In this document: positions 50,365 to 64,000 of the stretch, piece by piece
Layout of the letters: every line of letters starts with the position of its first letter
Position numbering within the stretch: position 1 is the first letter of the stretch
Origin: Lama guanicoe
Taxonomy: Eukaryota
Direction: 5' to 3'
Assembly (NCBI GenBank): GCA_013239625.1
Contig: MU054323.1
Span: forward strand, 6,561,220 to 6,625,219
DNA: 64,000 nt
The notes under the pieces: generated by a model
Database searches by the model: none
The model's input: only the letters and a program-made list of their open reading frames with translations
What the model was told of the DNA's origin: nothing
Program-made: the position numbers and the translations under genes

Positions 50365-51496
50365 TGAAATCATTGAATATGTGCCTTTTGAAATCATTCA
50401 ATATGTGCCTTTTCTGTGTGGCTTTTTCATTTAGCATAATGTTTTCAAGGTTCGTCCATGTTCTAGCATGAATCTACTTTTCATTCCTGTTTATGGCTGA
50501 ATAATATTCTGTTGTATAGATAACATTTTGTTTATCCATTCATTAGTTGATGGACATTCAGGTTGTTTCCACTTCTGCCAATTACAAATGCTGCTGCTAT
50601 GAACATTTGTGTATGAATTTTTCTGTGGCCAAGTTCCAGTACTCATGAATTTCTCTTCCACATGTGGCTGCACTGTTTTACATTCTTTGTGACGTCATAT
50701 GAGGGTTCCAATTTCTCCACATCCTTGCCAATACTTATTAATGCCCTTCATTTTGATTATTGACATCCTAGTGGGTGTTAAGTGGTACCTCACTGTGGTT
50801 TTGATTTGTATTTCATTGATGGCTAGTGATGTTGCTCATCTTTTCCTATTTATGTTTAGGGTCATCAAAGAGCTACTTCATGCATTCATTCTGTTTAGAT
50901 TTTACAGCATTCAGTGGGAGAGAGTGGAATATGCATATTCCATCTCACCTGAAAACAGACACTTGTTAGTTTTTGATACTTGCAACATGAATATCTTTAT
51001 ATTTTCTAATTATTATTGATGGTAAATATAAATGTAGTTGATTTTTTAATGTTAATTTGATTTCTTGCAAACTTGCTAAACTCGGTTATTAATTCTAATC
51101 TTTTGTCATCTGCAGAAAATGGTTTTATTTCTATATTTCCAATCCTTATTTATTTTACATGATTGTGTTGGCTAAGAACTCCAGAACAATAAAGTAAATT
51201 AGAAATGATGATACAATACCCCTGTTTTTTCCTGGTTTTAGAGGGAGTATTTTCCATATTTCACCATTTAGTGTAACATTTGGAATAGGTTTTTCTGTAG
51301 ATACATGTTACTAGATTAAGAAAATTCTTTTCCTAGTTTTTCTTACTGTTTCTTTTGTTGTTATTGTTGTTTAAATCTTCACTAGGTATAGGATTGTATT
51401 TAATGCCTTTTCTTTGGGCTTTGAAAAGTTGATTTTTTTTTCTTTTTGGCTTTTAACATGGTGTGTTCTTATTGATTTTTCTAGTCTTAAACCAAT

Positions 51497-52150
51497 GTGG
51501 TAGATTGTTTGCAAATATGTCTACAACCATTCTTCTTATCCTTTATACCTCTTTACCATGTGACTTTGCTATTCATCGCCTCAAGACATGGAGTCTCCTT
51601 CCCCTTAAATCTGCTCTGGCCTCACATTTTGTTTTATTAGAACGTGGCTGAAGAGGCTGAGTGATTTCTGAACCTTGGCCTCAAGAGGCTTTGTTTTTAT
51701 TTCTTCGTTCCTTAGTTCTTTTTTTTTTAATATTTATTTACTTTATTTATTATCATTATTATTTTTTATTTAACGGAGGAACTGGGGACTGAACCCATGA
51801 CCTTGTACATGCTAAGCATGTACTCTACCATTGAGCTGTACTCTCCCCACTACCCCCTTCCTTAGTTCTTTTGTTCTCTCTCTCTTAGAATACTTCTCTC
51901 ATCATGGAAAAAACCCCAAGTGATAGAGAGGCCTAGGATCCTAGCCATTCCAGACATCCCAAATGAGGTCCCAGATATGTGAATGAGGTCATCTTAGGCC
52001 ACCCACCCCCCAGCTGAGCTCCCAGCTGACTGCAGCCACGAAAGTGACTCAGGCACAACCAATCCACAGCATTGTGAGAAGTAATAACTTAGTGTTTCAA
52101 GCCATTGTTTTTGAGTGTTGTTTTTTATGCAGCATAGATAACTGATACAC
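51497..52150 (+). mobile_element. MaLR (MLT1-type) LTR containing a SINE
   Basis: tgtggtagattg...tttcaagccattgtttttgagtgttgttttttatgcagcatagataactgataca. Confidence 0.75.
51721..51857 (-). mobile_element. tRNA-Ala-derived SINE (Vic-1-like)
   Basis: Reverse complement of the tRNA head (agctcaatggtagagtacatgcttagcatg...gggttcagtcccc); TSD TTCCTTAGTTCTT at 51708-51720 and 51858-51870. Confidence 0.9.
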
Positions 52151-54774
52151 CTATCTTGCACTCTTGAATTAAACCCACCTTGGACATGGCGCATTATCAT
52201 TGCATATTTTGCTAGATTCCTTTCCTAACATTTTGTTTGGGAAGTTTGTGTCTCTGTTTGAGTGAGTTTGGTTTGTAATTTTCCTTTCATGTACTATCTT
52301 TATCAAATTGTTGATGTCAATATAAAGTTAGCCTCATAAAATGAGTTGGGGTATTTCTTCTCTTTTTAGGCTCTGGAATAGTTTGTATAGGCTGAAATTA
52401 TTTGCTTTGAATTACTGAGAGAATTCACTACTAGAATTGTCTGGGTCTATTGATTTCTTTATGGAAATAATTCAAACTGACTTAGTTTCTTTAATTGTTA
52501 TAAAATCCTTCAGGTTTCCTGTTTTTTCCCTGAATTCGTTTTAGTAAGCTGTATTTTTCCATTTTCAAATTTATGGGCAAGAAGTTGTTCAAACTGTTTC
52601 TTTTAAAAAGTTCAAAAATATTTTCCTATCCTTTCAATCTCTTCAGCATCTGTAGTTATATCCTGTTTTTTCTTTATTTCTAATATTATTTGTACCTTCT
52701 TTTTTTTCCACCCTGATTGGTCTTTAAAGAGTTTTCTCTTTTCAATGACTAAACTTCTGGCTTTGGTATTCCTCTATTTTTTATTTTATTTTATATATAT
52801 GTATACATGTAAGTGTATTATATGTATATAAATATATTTACATATAAATATATAATGTTTATAATGTATTTTATATATGTAGAATACATTGTATATATAA
52901 TGTATTATACACAATATATTTTATCTATAATACAGGATACATATATAAATACATATATAATATATTGCTATTTTATTTTTTCTTTCTACTTTTTAAATTT
53001 TTGTGGTACAGTTCTAACATCTTAGGCTGGATGCTTTACTCATTAATTTTCAGACTTTCTTCTTTTCTTTTATAAGTATTTTTATTATAAAATATAATGC
53101 ATATAGAAAAGTACATAAGATATAAATGTATAGTATAACTATAATTTATAAAGCAAACGTCCATATAACCATAACATGTCAAGAAAAACAACATTATCAG
53201 TACTCTAGAATCACTCAGTGTGCCTGTCGCAAATCACAAACCTCTCTGTTTTCCCAGAAGTAGCTGTTATAACAAGTGGGGTGATAATTGTCCCTGCTCT
53301 TCTCCATGCTTTTACCATCTTTATACTTATGTCTAAAAACATAATTTAGTTTTGCTTGCTTTTGATCCTTATACCATTGCAGACAAAAAAATATGTATTT
53401 TTGCTTCTTTCATCTTACATATGGTTGTGAGTTTCCTCCACATTCTAGTGTGCAGCTGTAGTTAACTTCCTTGTATTGCTTAGTAATATTTCACTGTATA
53501 TCTATACCACAATTTATTTGTCCGTTTAACTGTCGATGGACTTTGGGGTTATACCCATTGCTATAAGAAGCAGTGCTACTATGCACATTTGTGATCATAT
53601 GTTTTTGTGCACATGAGTTTCTCCAGGGTGTATAAAGTAGAGGGAAATTACTGGGTCCTAGGGGATGTATCTTAAAATTTGGTAATATCAATACCAAACT
53701 CTAGGTATCCCTGTTGCTTCATATTCTTTCCAACATTTGGTATTGTAAGATTTTAAAGTTTTGGCAGTCTAGTAGATGTGTAATGGTATCTCATGGTGGT
53801 TTTAATTTACTGTTACCTTATTACTAATCAAGTTTAACATCTTTTTGTGTTTATTGACCATTTAGGTTTTCTGTTTGTGACTTTTCAAGTATTTGACCAT
53901 TTTCCTAATGGGTCCTCAGCTTATTCTTTGTTGATTTATAAAAATTCTTTATAGATTATTAATATAAACCCTTGTTAGTTTTATATATTGCAAATATGTT
54001 CTCTGTCATAGCTTAATTTTTCTCACATTTTTATCATGTTTTTTGATAAAACAAAAGTTTTAAATTATAATTTCATCAAATTTATCTAACTTTTTCTCTC
54101 TTATGATCAGTGCATTATTTCTGTGTCTTGATAGGAAATAGTTACATCTTTTTAAAGAAAATTGTTTCCTACCTTACGGTCTTAAAGATATTACCCTAAG
54201 TTATTTTCTTAAAGCTTTACATTTTTGCCTTCATAATTAGATCTATAATCTACCTGGAATTAATGAAAAGAGGTACATTAAAATTCATCATAGTGTTTTT
54301 CAGTTTGTTTCTTTCTCCTTTTAGTTCTGTGTTTGTTTTATTTATTTCTAGGCTATGTCATAAAGTGCATATAAATTCAAAATTGTTATGTATTCCTGGT
54401 GAATAAAATCTTTTATCATTATGAAGTTACCCACTTTATCCTTAGTAATCATTTTACCTTGAAGTCTATTTTATCTGATAATAATTAAATCTACTCCAGC
54501 TTTTAGGGGGTTAGCATTTTTATATTTATTCACATTAAATTCAATAATGTACAATTTGTCATTAAAGATCATCTTTTTGTGGAGAATATTGAATCTTATA
54601 TTATCTATTTTATGAATTTTAGCTTGTACATAACTTATTTATTTCTGATCTCTTTCTTTGATTCAAGACAGATTTCATAGGTCATGCAGATTGGGTTTTT
54701 ATTTTCTCTCCTCATCCTTTTGTCTCCAAAATTCTTAACACTTCTTGGGATTTACAGACTATAACCCACTACTT

Positions 54775-55297
54775 GTTTTTTATTTTTTTAATTTTTAATT
54801 GAAGTATAGTTGATTTACAATATTGTGTTTGTTTCTGGTGTACAGCATGGTTATTCAGTTACACATATATATTTCTTTTCATATTCTTTTTCATTATAGG
54901 TTACTAAAAGATATTGAATATCGTTCCCTGTGCCATACATACAGTAGGGCCTTCTTTATCTATTTTATATATAGTAGTATCTGCAAATCCCAAACTCCCA
55001 ATTTATCCCTACCACCCAGTTTTCCCCTTGGTAACCATAAGTTTGTTTTCTATATCTGTGAGTCTGTTTTGGTTTTGTAAGTAAGTTCATTTGAGTCTTC
55101 TTCTTTTAAGATTCCACATATAAGTGATATCATATGGTGTTTTCTTTCTCTGTCTGGCTTACTTCACTTAGTAGGATGATATCCAGGTCCATCCATGTTG
55201 TTGCAAATGGTATTATTTTATTCTTTTTAATGGCTGAGTAGTATTCCATTGTATAAATATACCACAACTTTTTTTATCCAATCATCTTTCAATGGAC
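54775..55297 (-). mobile_element. L1 3' end
   Basis: Same 3'UTR family as 12914-13400. Confidence 0.9.
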
Positions 55298-56834
55298 TGT
55301 CTGATAATACTGAGTGTTGTCAATGGTGTGGAATAGTGCAAGCTCTAGTACTCTGTTGGTGGGAGTGAAAATTGAGACAATAACTTTGGAAAACATTTTG
55401 GCATTATACAGCAAATTTGAAGATGTGCATAATATATAACCTAGTGTTCTCACCTCAAGTTATATGTCCTAAAGAGACTCTCAAAATGTGTACCAGGGGA
55501 TAACATTCATAGAATGCAATACTATATAACAATGAAAATATAACAGTTATAATAACAGACATATCTGAGGAATATAATTTTGAGTGAAAATTCGCAAGAA
55601 ACAGAATGCTTAGAATATGACTATATTCAAATAAATTTCAAAAAATGCAAAACTAAACAATGTATTTTGTATGTATAAAAACTTGTTAAGGTTCTTACAA
55701 AGTAACAAAATAGCAGAACATTTAGAATATCTCTATCTCTATCTTTAGTTTTATCTCTAAAAAAGTAACAAAAGAAAATGACCAGAGAGGGGCACACAGG
55801 TAATGGTAATATTCTTTACTTTTTTAAATTGAGTAATAGCTATACAGGTATGTCTTCTAGATTATATATATTATCTAATATACATATAATAATATATATA
55901 CTATAAAATATTTAAAATATTTTTATAATATTTCTTCTCCTCTTGATAATTAATAAAATCACTTTTAAGTGAAATGAAATGTCATAAAAATGTGACTACA
56001 TGTACTTAGAGTTACAGAGTCAATTTTCATGTTTAACTGCTTAAAAAGCCACCCTTCCAGGTAGGATATAGTTCTACCAAGAGGCCATAGCCACGAAGGT
56101 GAGCTGCAAGGGTTTCAGATCACCAGATTCAGTCATGCATTTTCTTCATGCATTTTGATTTAAAAATAAAAGAGCATATTTGTTCCTTAAAACATTGCTT
56201 GAAATATTGAAGTAGATAATACTTTTGAATAGTGGTTCTCATCTCCTGGCTGTACATGAGATATACTCATTGACTGAAAACATAAAATGTTGATGCCCTA
56301 GCCACCCCCTCGACTGAGTTAAAAACCTCTGGGGGTGGAGCCTGGGCTTTGTATTTTTCTTCAAAAATTCACTAGGTTATACCAATTTAAAACCAGAATT
56401 GGAAAGTACTTATTGAAAGCAACTTTCTCAACCAACATTTTTTACACTGCTGGTACAAATTTCATAAGTGTATAGGAAATCAATTTGGCAGGTTTCTAGC
56501 ATTTAGGAAATACAAATAATTGAGATTAGAAAATAGAGTATATCACATTTTGTTTCAGGTGTGTGTGTGCACGTGTGTAATGAATCATCATATAAAATAC
56601 AGAGTTTTCTACTATGGGTCACAGTACATTTGAAAAACAGTTCTAAGCAAACCTGTTCTAAGGTGCTATTAGGTATCCTTTCTCTAGAGTTTGAGGTGAT
56701 GGAGCAGCAATATTATGCAGTGGTTGCAATGTCCATGTTTGAATCCTGACTTTTTCCCCTTACTCCCTATATGGTCTCAGGCAAATTACCTACCCTCTTT
56801 GTTTCTATTCTCTCATCAGAATTATCTCTTGGGT

Positions 56835-57620
56835 GCTCGCTAAGGGGTTTAGCAAACTGCACACTCAGGGGCACAGTCCCTAGAAGGACTGCCCTCACTT
56901 TAGAAACCAGCTGAAAGTTTGGCATTTCCCAGGGCCACTGTCACTTCAGACCAGCTGGCTACAAATTCAGAGGTTCCCACGACCACCCTCAGGCTTAATG
57001 ATTCACCAAAAAGACACCCAGCTCTCTGAAAGCTATTATATTCACAGTCACATTTTTTTTATATTGGCAAATGATACAAATTAGAACCAGCCAAAAGAAG
57101 AGAGTCTTGGAGCTCAGTGTGGAAGAGTTCCAAACGCGAAGTTTCCATTATCCTCAAGGTGCATTACCCACCTAGCACTAAACTGTGACAACACTTGAAA
57201 GAATATTGCCAACCTGAGAAGCTCACCTGAATTTCAGTGTCCAGAGTCTTTACTGGGGCTTCATTACATAGGTTTGATTGACTGAATTATTGCATATGTC
57301 GTTGAATCCAATCTCCAATTTCTCCCCCGTCCCTAGCAGTCAGGCTGATATTATGTGGCCCAAAGCCCCCCAGCCTTCTAATCATGTAATTGGTCTGTCA
57401 ACATAGCCAGCCCCCATGAGGGTCATCTGTTAACATAAACTATGTAGGGGCCCACCGTGGGTCACCTTGTTAGCATAATGTCAGGTGTGGTCCAAGGGCT
57501 CCATCATATATAACAAAGACACTTTTGCCACTTGGAAAATTCTAAGAGTGTAGAGGTTACCTCCCTGAGCTATGACAAAGGCCAGATCTCTCTTTGGAGG
57601 CCAAATTCTTTACCGCACAG
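56835..57620. mobile_element. MER21-like LTR inserted in a MIR
   Basis: gactgccctcactt, ccagctggctacaaattcagaggttcccacgacc; MIR sequence resumes at 57620. Confidence 0.75.
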
Positions 57621-58909
57621 TGGTATGAGGATTAAATAAATAAATACATGTAAAGCTCTTAGAATATGGCCTGGAACATAGTAAGTTCTCAGTAACTGTT
57701 AGTTACTACTGTTACTATTACTGTTGTTATTAATCTTTGCACCTTTTGTTTTTGGTTCTTGATTTCTAAGAGAGCCTTGTTACTGTTTTAATCTTTATTC
57801 TTGTCTGTCCAACAGCCTGTGCTTTCCTCATTTTCCTCTATTTTCCATCTCACAAAAGGAAAAAATTGCTTGAGAGAGGGAAGGAAAGAGTAGAAAGCAA
57901 GCTAATGTCTTTCTCCCTCCTCCTAATACAATTCCTGTCTCTTCCATTCTAAGCCAGCATCCTCCTTCTCTTCCTAACAGCTCTTTCTCCTTCATCCCTA
58001 AACTGGAAGCTCTTGACTGGGAAGCTGGGAACCCAAATTCTAGCATAACAATATGCTGGTACGGGTCCCCACTTTAATCAACTCCCAAGTATCTGCTTCA
58101 TGTACTTGTTTACATCCTGTAAGATCTGATTTTGCAGCCACAAGTTTAGAGATTAATGCCAGTAGTCTCTCAATATCTTACCGATAAACAGAGCACAAGA
58201 AACATTGTTAACAAATTTAGCAAAATTCTCTTACTAAAGTATTCTCCTGCTAAAACTTAGGCATGCTAAGTTATATATGACGAGCAAAACGAGTGATATA
58301 ATCTCATATTAATTTTTTGAATAAACTGATCTCACTCCTTGCCATTCCACCTGAGAAATGGTGTTTCCATTTTTAAACTTATGTTGCCTAACAAAACACC
58401 TTCATAAAAAAATGAATGTCCTAATATAGAAATCCTGTGTGACATAAACCAGTTGCATGAGATTAAGCTTATCACTAGTTCACTTATCAAATGTTTTTTT
58501 CCAAGGGACTGGACCTTCTTGTGCATAATTAGTTTTGGTTAAAAAAAATCAGAATTCGAAGAAAAAATTATTCCAAGCTGAAACAGGGAAATAACTGGTT
58601 TTGATTGTTTAAACAATCGTTTCAAGGTCTGTATGTGACATTAGAGATCATTCAATAAAATTGTTTCCTTTTAAATATAAGGCAACTATCCAAGAATAAA
58701 TGAAGTTCCATGCTGTGCTTTATGTTTTGAAGCTGTCAGAACCCCTTAAAAATTAACCACTGTAGTGGGCAGAGAGCAAGGATCTTCTTCTTCAAAGATT
58801 GGAAATCACACCATGGCTTTCCTGTTGTTTGGGGAACAGCTCTTACTTGGAAATATTTCAAGGAGTTCATTTTAAATTCAATCACATCTAAAGTGATGTA
58901 ATTTATTAT

Positions 58910-59300
58910 AATTTATTAGTCACTGAATTTCCATGTGCTCCCATGCATTTCCCAGCTCCCTTGTAGTTAAGTGCATCTGTATGACTAGTTACAACAAATG
59001 AGATGTGAGTGGAAGTGACATGTGTCACTTCTGGAACAAAGCACAGAGAAAAGATCCCTTGTTAGTTCTTTATGCCTCTTTCTTTTCCTACCACCACAAC
59101 CACAGAAGCCAAATGTGGAGATGGTGTAACCAAGCAATGGGAATAGCCTGGATATCAGGCATGCTTGGAAGGGAGCTGTCCGGAAGAGCCACGGTACCTG
59201 CAGCCAACTTCATATGAGTGAAAGAGAAACCTTAATGGCCAATAAAAGTTTGGGATTGTTTAATTCTGCAGCATAACTAGTCTATCCTGGTTAGCACATT
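58910..59300 (+). mobile_element. MaLR (MLT1-type) LTR
   Basis: gcatttcccagctcccttgtagtta...gtggaagtgacatgtgtcacttctgg...ctgcagcataactagtctatcctg. Confidence 0.7.
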
Positions 59301-59879
59301 AACAATACTATCTTACATTAGCTATGTTTTAAACTTGTCATAATTATCTAAAACATAATTTATAATCTTTGACATTCATACAGATTTGAAAGCTTACATA
59401 TGTATCTCTTATTTTAAAAAAATGATAGCAAGAGAATTCTTATTTTTTTCGTGTTGAGCGAGAAGAGAGCCCAACAGAAAAGTGTATCACCTATGGTTGA
59501 TACAAAACATGGTCAAATTTAATCTCACTTAACATACTGATTAAATCTGAATAATTAGGTACCAAAAAATGTTTTTTGTTTAGTTTATAAGGTTGTCAAT
59601 TTGCTATCTTTATCAGCACAGACTAAGCTATTTTGGAGGAGAACACAAAAGCTTTTTCAGAACTACATGATACATTTTTCCTTTAACATTTTCCTTTAAT
59701 TTCCTTAAAGAGATGGAGGGGTTAATTTTAATTTGTTTCCTTAAAGTTGAGAGCCAAAAGTTAGGTAATTTGCTCTAAGCCACATAGCAAATTAATGGAG
59801 AAGGCAATGCCAGGATCCAACTCTCATTGTTTCCATTATGACTGTGTTTCCTCAAAAAGTAGGAGGTGATGAAAAAGTA

Positions 59880-61190
59880 GAGGGTAGACGTCTACTTCCA
59901 GGAATGATGAGTTAAGTACCTTAGATAAGTCCTCCCATTGAAGACAGCTAGAATGCTGAACAAGATATAAAATCATCTTTCTAGAAATAGCGAACTAATA
60001 GATAGTGAGAAATTCCTAGGCTAAGGTCCAGGAGAAGATGAAAATCCACAGAGGTGGTACTGTTTTGTTTGGAGGATGTTTAGTTATCCACAGCTGGTGG
60101 TTGAGAGGCTTAACAGTGACTCTGGGGCTAGGGAAACAAAAGTTGGAGTTGAGACTAAAAGGATGGACACTAGAAATAAGGGTGAATTGAAAGTAAACCA
60201 GCCCTGGCCTGTACTGCAGACTGCTTTTGGGTCATCTGTGTAACCCAGATAATCTCAAATTGTGAAACTGGATAAAAGTAACCTTGGATTGTTGGTGCTT
60301 CCCACTACCTGGCTTAAGGAATAAAAATTCTCTTTGGAGAAAGAGAACATCATAGTAGGCTTCAAATTATTTTTACAAATAATTAAAATACAATTGTTAG
60401 GACACAGTAAAAACGAACCAGGTATACAAGATGATAATACCATGAACAAGAAAAATCGAATATAGCAGATTACAAAAATAGATCTTCAAGGATTCTAGGT
60501 ACAGATTGTAAAGCAGCTATGCCTATCAAGTTCAAGTAGAAAAAGGGAAGCTTGAATATTTTAGCAGACTGTAAAGTATATAAAAAACACGACATAGCAG
60601 AATTGAAATAGAACCAAACAGAAATTCTAACAGTAAAAGAATAACCTAAATGAAATGAGTGAATGAATTTAAGGACAAATTAGACACAGTTAAGAAAGAA
60701 TTAGTGTACATGGAGACAGACCAGGAGAAACCATTCAGAATGAAACACAAAGAGAAAAAATAATGGAGAAAGAAAAGAGAGCAGAATGAAATGTCTAATA
60801 TTCAGTAAGGAGTCTTAAAAGAAGTATAACATGATTGGACAGATGCAAAATTTAATGAAATAATAGCTGGGAATCTTTCAGCGCTAGACATCAACCCACA
60901 AATTCAAGAAGCCCAGTGAATCACAAGTAGATTCATAAAAAGAAAGCAGCATGTAGACACATCATAGAGAAACAAAGAAAACCAGAGAAGAGAAACCATT
61001 AAAAGCAGCCAGAGGCAGAAAGACAGTATACCTTCAAAGAAGAAATAGACTGATTCTTGGATTCTTAGCAGCAGTCCCTGAAGCCAAAAGATTAAACAGT
61101 GATACCTTTAAATGTGCTGAACTAAATAACTGCCAACCCAGGAATATATATCCAGTGAAAATATCCCTAAAACACTGTGTAAAAATAACC
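59880..61190 (+). mobile_element. Ancient L1/HAL1-type 5' region and ORF1 remnant
   Basis: A-rich degenerate ORF1-like motifs (caaattcaagaagcccagtgaatc, ttaaaagcagccagagg). Confidence 0.6.
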
Positions 61191-62251
61191 TCAAGTCAGC
61201 AATTAAAACTTACCCCTCACTGGTACCTGCTGCAGGCACACACCTGTGGGTACTGCTTTTCTTGTTCTCATTCACCTCCTCTCCGACTTGCAAGCTCTGT
61301 GCTCTTTGTTAGTAACTCTGCAAGGGCTCAGGAGAGAAATGAGAATAGGAGTGAGGTAGGAGGGCAAGATGAGGGGTAAGAAAGTTCTAACTTGGCTTAT
61401 GTTTTTGTAAGATGATGTCACATCCTCTAGAACTAGTAAATGTTTGAAAACAGGTTCTGTCACAGGCAATTTGCGGAATTCTTCATGAATGTCTATTGGG
61501 TTGTCCGTATTTTCCTTACTGATTTGTAAGAGTGCTTTATGCATTCTAGATACAGGCTTCTTTTCAGTAATATGTGGTACAAATATAATTTCCCACTCTG
61601 TGACTTACCTTTTCATTCTCTTGATGATGTCTTTTCATAAATAGATATTATTAATTTTTAACATAGCTTAACTTATCATTCTTTCCCTTCTGGTTAGCTG
61701 CTTTTTTCCTGTGTAAGAGGACATTCCCTTTAGCCACTTTTGAATAGCAGTGTCAACACTTTTTCCTTAGTAGTTTACAATCCAAATTTAGTTGTGTAAT
61801 GTTGAGCAGAACCTGGTAGCCTAACCAACAAGCATTTCCCATTTCTTCCCTGCTTACAAAATAGAATTGATGGGAGAATAGATTAGGGGAAATGTATACC
61901 CTATAACATAGGTAGCTTGGCCAAAGGCTCAGATTTGACCTACTGAATCAGAATTCTTAGACTGCAGTTTGGATGTGTGTAATTTTAAAAAGTTCCCCTG
62001 GATGATTTGGTTATACCTTAATAAGGATTACAAAGAAAAATAACCCCTCAAGTTTCTGGAATGTCATGGAAGGAAGGAGAGAATCTCCAGCAAGGGTTGG
62101 AAAATAGGCTCAGGTACAGCAGACAGTCCAGGGAGGATGAAGAGTAGGAAGGAGATGAATAAGTTCTGGGAATGGAAGGTACAGCATGGTGACCATCATT
62201 AACAGTTCTGTTGAAAGTTGTTAAGAGAGTGGATCTTAAATGTTCTTACCG

Positions 62252-62254
<3 letters not shown>

Positions 62255-62307
<53 letters not shown>
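62255..62307. repeat. (AC)n microsatellite inside an L1 3' end fragment (62150-62460)
   Basis: Directly visible dinucleotide run. Confidence 0.98.
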
Positions 62308-62310
<3 letters not shown>

Positions 62311-63369
62311 ACACAGGTTATTATGTGAGGGGATGGCAATGTTAACTGACCTTATTGTGGTAATCATTTTGCAATATATATGTGTATTAAATCATCACAT
62401 TGTACACCTTAAACTTGCATATGTTATATGTCAATAATATCTTAATAAAGCTGGAAAAAATAATGCAAAGCATATGTAAAAGCTAAGAAGGATATGGCTA
62501 CAAATATACCAATGATAGCAAGCAACTCAGATTTTAATTTTGTAAGCATTTATACAAGAATGAGGATTCTAAAAAATACATGGAAATTCTTTGTAATATT
62601 TGCAGAAAGAACAATTATCTAATAAACAAATTATCTGATTTAAAAAAGATTAAGAAAAATGTGTTAGATTTGGCTTGACTCTTCAAAATCATTAGTAAAC
62701 TAAGAACACTTTTAGTACAGAGGTGCGGTATAGAATTTGGGTTATATGATGTTAAGGATAGGGAGTAGGCAGGCAGAATGCAAAACATAGATATATATTC
62801 AATATTTAAGGAGAAGAAATGGCAATAAAGTATTTTGCAGAGTCAAACACAAAAAGATGCTTTTCCAGTTTTAAGATTTGAGATCCAAAACCATAAAATC
62901 CTTGAATCCTAGAGCTGAGAGGAATCTTGAAGATCATCTAGTTGAATTCCATCTGATACTTACATTTCCTTCACAAAGTCCTGTCATTCTGTTTGTACTA
63001 AGCTCCTCTGTGAGTCGGGTTTCCTATGTTTTTGTATGGCTTTGAGTGAAGGTTCTTCCTTGTCCACTTTCCTCCTCAAAGTTTACTGATTGTCACATTT
63101 GAAACAAGAGGACAGGTGTCAGCTGTGAGGGAGTCTTATCTTACTAATACATCTATTTAATGGCTTTCCAAAGGAAATGATTAAAAGGGTCTGGTTTGTA
63201 TTTTGTTTGTGGTGGGGGAGCACGGGATCAAACTTAAATAAACAGGGCAGTTTAAGAAATAGTGGTTCTTCAAGAATGAAGTTTTGAAGGCTAGTCTTTT
63301 GTTTTAGGTTTTGTGAGGCGAATTTAGCTGTGTGGTATTATGACAATCACAAGTCAGAAATTTGAGCAG

Positions 63370-63875
63370 GAGCTATATCATTTGGGAATGGCTTTGGCTG
63401 AAAGAAACAAAATATGCGATTCACAGTGCTCAAACCACATGACCCAAAATGCCACTTAACAAAACGTGTGAAAGCAGGTGATGACTGGGGTGTTCAGCAG
63501 CTGGTTGATGTCCGGGCACAGGGGTAGTGCTCGTGTTCTGCCCCTTCTGGCCACCAGATGGCGGAGCTGCTTTAAACATTGTCTCCTCAGCGCTCCAGTT
63601 CCAAGCAGGAAGGAAAAGGTGCAAAAGGGCTTTTCCTCGTCTCCCTGAGCAGAAAGAAACATCGAGGCTCCCAGCAGACGTCTTCAGCCATAACTTACTG
63701 CATGCCTAGAGCTAGACCAACAAAAGGGAAATAAGAGTGGCATGATTTGCTTAGGCCCTGAAGCAGAGAACATCATAGCCCAGTCAAAATAGGGCTTTTA
63801 TTTTATGTGTGTAATTATTTTTTTAAACCAGAAAGAAGTGGGCAATAGCTGTTGGGTTGGCTACTAATAGCTCTT
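63370..63875 (-). mobile_element. Old MaLR (MLT1K/L-type) LTR
   Basis: Degenerate MLT1 motifs (ttccaagcaggaaggaaaagg, ctcccagcagac, aaaatagggctttt, gctgttgggttggc). Confidence 0.5.
63548..63566 (+). promoter_or_regulatory. CTCF binding motif
   Basis: TGGCCACCAGATGGCGGAG matches the core consensus CCASYAGRKGGCRS. Confidence 0.7.
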
Positions 63876-64000
63876 GCCAGAGGAGCTCAGGAGAAATTAT
63901 ACACGCTAAATCCACCCGGCCCCGTGCCAAGGGTAGGACAATGCCTCTTCAGAAACTAGTAAAATGTTTTCCTTCCTCTGATAATTATTAATTCTTTGCA

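Noticed and set aside
52790..52970. 70-aa Tyr/Ile-rich ORF
   Set aside because: Degenerate (TA)n low-complexity sequence

Overview
Mammalian genomic DNA, most likely a camelid (three tRNA-Ala-derived SINEs look like the Vic-1 type). The left 29.5 kb is the 5' end of ITSN2 (intersectin-2) on the minus strand: a CpG-island promoter, a probable non-coding exon 1 ending at 29318, an approximately 28 kb intron 1, and the first coding exon (1119-1182) encoding MMAQFPTAMN(G). The right 34 kb is repeat-rich upstream intergenic DNA (L1, L2, MIR, ERV/MaLR LTRs, Tigger1, MER53) with a strong CTCF motif near the end. None of the supplied ORFs looks like a genuine cellular protein gene; they are L1 remnants, GC-island artefacts or chance ORFs. 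I see no convincing new multi-gene system. The most interesting signals are small: a 47-bp fold-back hairpin at an L1 truncation point, an exact 31-bp copy 1.85 kb from its source, tailless internal L1 fragments with TSDs, an L1-retroposed LTR transcript end, uORFs on the ITSN2 leader, and a perfect hairpin beside the exon 2 branch point. Repeat family names come from recalled consensus sequences, not from a database search, and boundaries without a TSD are approximate.
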